Assembly (NCBI RefSeq): GCF_009914755.1
Contig: NC_060937.1
Source of the DNA: the human T2T-CHM13v2.0 reference genome, Homo sapiens
Length of the DNA stretch: 64,000 bases
Strand: one strand, 5' to 3'
The notes under the pieces were generated by a model that was not told the origin of the DNA, searched no databases, and saw nothing but the letters and a program-made list of their open reading frames with translations. Made by a program: the position numbers and the translations under genes. Positions 61,518 through 64,000 of this stretch are shown piece by piece. Position 1 is the stretch's first letter, and each line of letters starts with the position of its first letter.

Positions 61518-62143
61518 GGGAGTCGCTCCCTTCCACACGTCCGCCGTGAACTTTCCATTCCAGAAACACTGCACCAGCTGTAGCTTCTCTCAACACACAG
61601 CTCTTTCCTGTCTCCAGGTTTTGCTCAAACTTCCCACTGCCCAGCACGTCCTTCCAAACAGCCTTCACTCACTCTCAATCCCTATGGAAAACTCAGCTTG
61701 GGCCTCACGCCCAGGAAGCCTCCTGGCCCCAGGAGGCTCAGGCCCTGCTGTGCACACCACAGCACCTGCGGCCTCCCTGGGAACCCAGCCACCCCCACCC
61801 CAGGCCCACGTTTCCTCAGCCAGCTCCTCCCACGATCCCTTCCAAGCTGGCATTCCAGACCCGCCAGGTGCCTTTCACCCTGTTGTAAACTCCGGGAGGG
61901 CAGAATTCAGGTCGGACTCATCTCTGTGGCCTCAGTGGAACTTGCTCAGCTCAGGGTCAGGGACAACAGCGTCCGGCTTCTTCTCACTCCTTCAGGTCCC
62001 GGCCCTTTGCACATAGGCTTGGCTGCCTGACACGTTCCAGCCAAGGGCTGCAGCTGGCCCCTTCCCCCCGCCCCGGTGATGCCAGAAGCCACATGTTCCG
62101 GAGTGTGGAGCTGCAAGATGCAGGCAACCCAGAGCCAGAAGGG

Positions 62144-62378
62144 GACCACCCGATGGGGAGGACAGAGACCACCCGATGGGGAGGATGCAGACCACCCGAT
62201 GGGGAGGACAGAGACCACCCGATGGGGAGGACGCAGACCACCCAACGGGGAACACGGGGATCACCCAACTGGGAAGATGGGGGCCACCTGGACGGGGGGA
62301 ACGGGGACCACGTTGATGGGGAGGACAGAGACCACGTGGATGGGAAAGATGGGGACCACGTGGATGGGGAGGGCGGCA
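62144..62378. repeat. 23-bp minisatellite (GACCACCCGATGGGGAGGACAGA), about 10 degenerate copies
   Basis: GACCACCC at 62144, 62167, 62190, 62213 and 62236. Confidence 0.92.
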
Positions 62379-63265
62379 CCACTCAGCCTGGTTCACACCT
62401 TTTGCAATAAGCAGCCGCCTCCTCCTGGGCTTTGGGCTGAAGGGGGACCTGCTCCAGGTTCTTAGCCGTGAAATGGGCACAGACCCGTTTCTCACCCCTG
62501 ACAGGGAGGCTGTCCAGCCCTGGAGATGTTGTCACTCAGGCTCCCAGTGACCTCCTGTGCGCTGTGTATCCTGGGCCAGGGCACTGACCTCTCTGGGCCC
62601 AGCGCCATCTCATGCTCACAGGTCTGATGACAATACTTCTCAGGAGGTGCTGGGAAGGCCAAAGGGATCATCCCATGTGCTTCTAAGTCAAACACGATTC
62701 AGCGTGAAAAACACTGGCCTGGGTCATCAAGAAACCGGGTGCCAGGCAGGATGAAAGGAAGTGCCGCTGGCCTCATCTGAGCCAGAGCCTCCTGTCTGTC
62801 ATGTGTGTGGGCTCTGACGCAGGGGGACCAGGATGCCCGGGTGGCAGCCGTGATCAGGGGAGGCATTCGGGCCACCTCAGGGGCCCCAAGAGGCTACCTG
62901 CCTGCCTGGCCCTGCCCATGCGGCCAAAGTCCACCCCAGGGGCGGGGGCTGCGCCTCGGCCTCAGATGCACCGTCAGCTGCATTTGGCTCCTCTTACTAC
63001 TGAAGAGGGGAAGGAAGAGTGTGCAGCAGGGGCCTGGGCCGTTTCCCCGGAAGCGAAGAGCAGGAGGCCAGAGCCAGGTGGGCTCCCCTAGACCCTGCGG
63101 TGCTGCCGCCAAGCCCCCCACCCCCAGATGAGCCAGCCTGCAGCACACACTGGCGGGGTGGATGCCAGCCGAGTATTCCCAGGGGAAGCACTTTCCCTGT
63201 GCCACCCAGACAGAAGACGCAGGTGCTGGTTTCCTATGGGGCTCTGCGTGAGGATGGGCGTCTGG

Positions 63266-64000
63266 GACCCTGGTCTCCTCTAGGACTCCATGTGTGAGGC
63301 TGGGCATTCGAGACCCTGGTCTCTGGGACTCCATGTGTGAGGCTGAGCGTTCGAGACCCTGGTCTCTGGGACTCCATGTGTGAGGCTGAGCGTTCGAGAT
63401 CCTGGTCTCCTCTGGGACTCCGTGTGTGAGGCTGAGCGTTCGAGACCCTGGTCTCTGGGACTCCATGTGTGAGGCTGAGCGTTCGAGACCCTGGTCTCTG
63501 GGACTCCATGTGTGAGGCTGAGCGTTCGAGACCCTGGTCTCTGGGACTCCATGTGTGAGGCTGAGCGTTCGAGATCCTGGTCTCCTCTGGGACTCCGTGT
63601 GTGAGGCTGAGCGTTCGAGACCCTGGTCTCTGGGACTCCATGTGTGAGGCTGAGCGTTCGAGACCCTGGTCTCTGGGACTCCATGTGTGAGGCTGAGCGT
63701 TCGAGACCCTGGTCTCTGGGACTCCATGTGTGAGGCTGAGCGTTCGAGATCCTGGTCTCCTCTGGGACTCCGTGTGTGAGGCTGAGCGTTCGAGACCCTG
63801 GTCTCTGGGACTCCATGTGTGAGGCTGAGCGTTCGAGACCCTGGTCTCTGGGACTCCATGTGTGAGGCTGAGCGTTCGAGATCCTGGTCTCTGGGACTCC
63901 ATGTGTGAGGCTGAGCGTTCGAGACCCTGATCTCCTCTGGGACTCCATGTGTGAGGCTGGGCATTCGATACCCTGGTCTCTGGGACTCTGTGTGTGAGGC
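63266..64000. repeat. VNTR, 43/46-bp units, 17 copies within the window, with a 175-bp higher-order period
   Basis: Unit GACCCTGGTCTCTGGGACTCCATGTGTGAGGCTGAGCGTTCGA; the 46-bp variant recurs at 63398, 63573 and 63748. Confidence 0.98.

Noticed and set aside
62894-63964. 356-aa and 222-aa minus-strand ORFs
   Set aside because: They are translations of the 43/46-bp VNTR in several frames.

Overview
Primate, human-like genomic DNA with no intact protein-coding gene. About half of the window is decayed interspersed repeats: 9 Alus, old L1M/L2/MIR fragments, many solo ERV1/MaLR/ERVK LTRs and two DNA-transposon MITEs, often nested with target-site duplications (TSDs) still readable. It has ten GC-rich minisatellites and a CpG island, typical of a distal or subtelomeric chromosome arm. 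Best leads: (1) an eroded multi-exon coding gene at about 1.5-5.7 kb, whose hand-spliced exons join in the correct phase and translate to a PH-domain-like peptide (candidate unitary pseudogene); (2) VNTRs born inside old transposons that multiply functional motifs: 18 consensus splice donors, about 16 CACGTG E-boxes, 10 Pol III B-box cores and EGR1 sites; (3) a 272-bp dispersed duplication with a templated breakpoint scar. Repeat subfamily names come from recalled consensus sequences, not from a database search.
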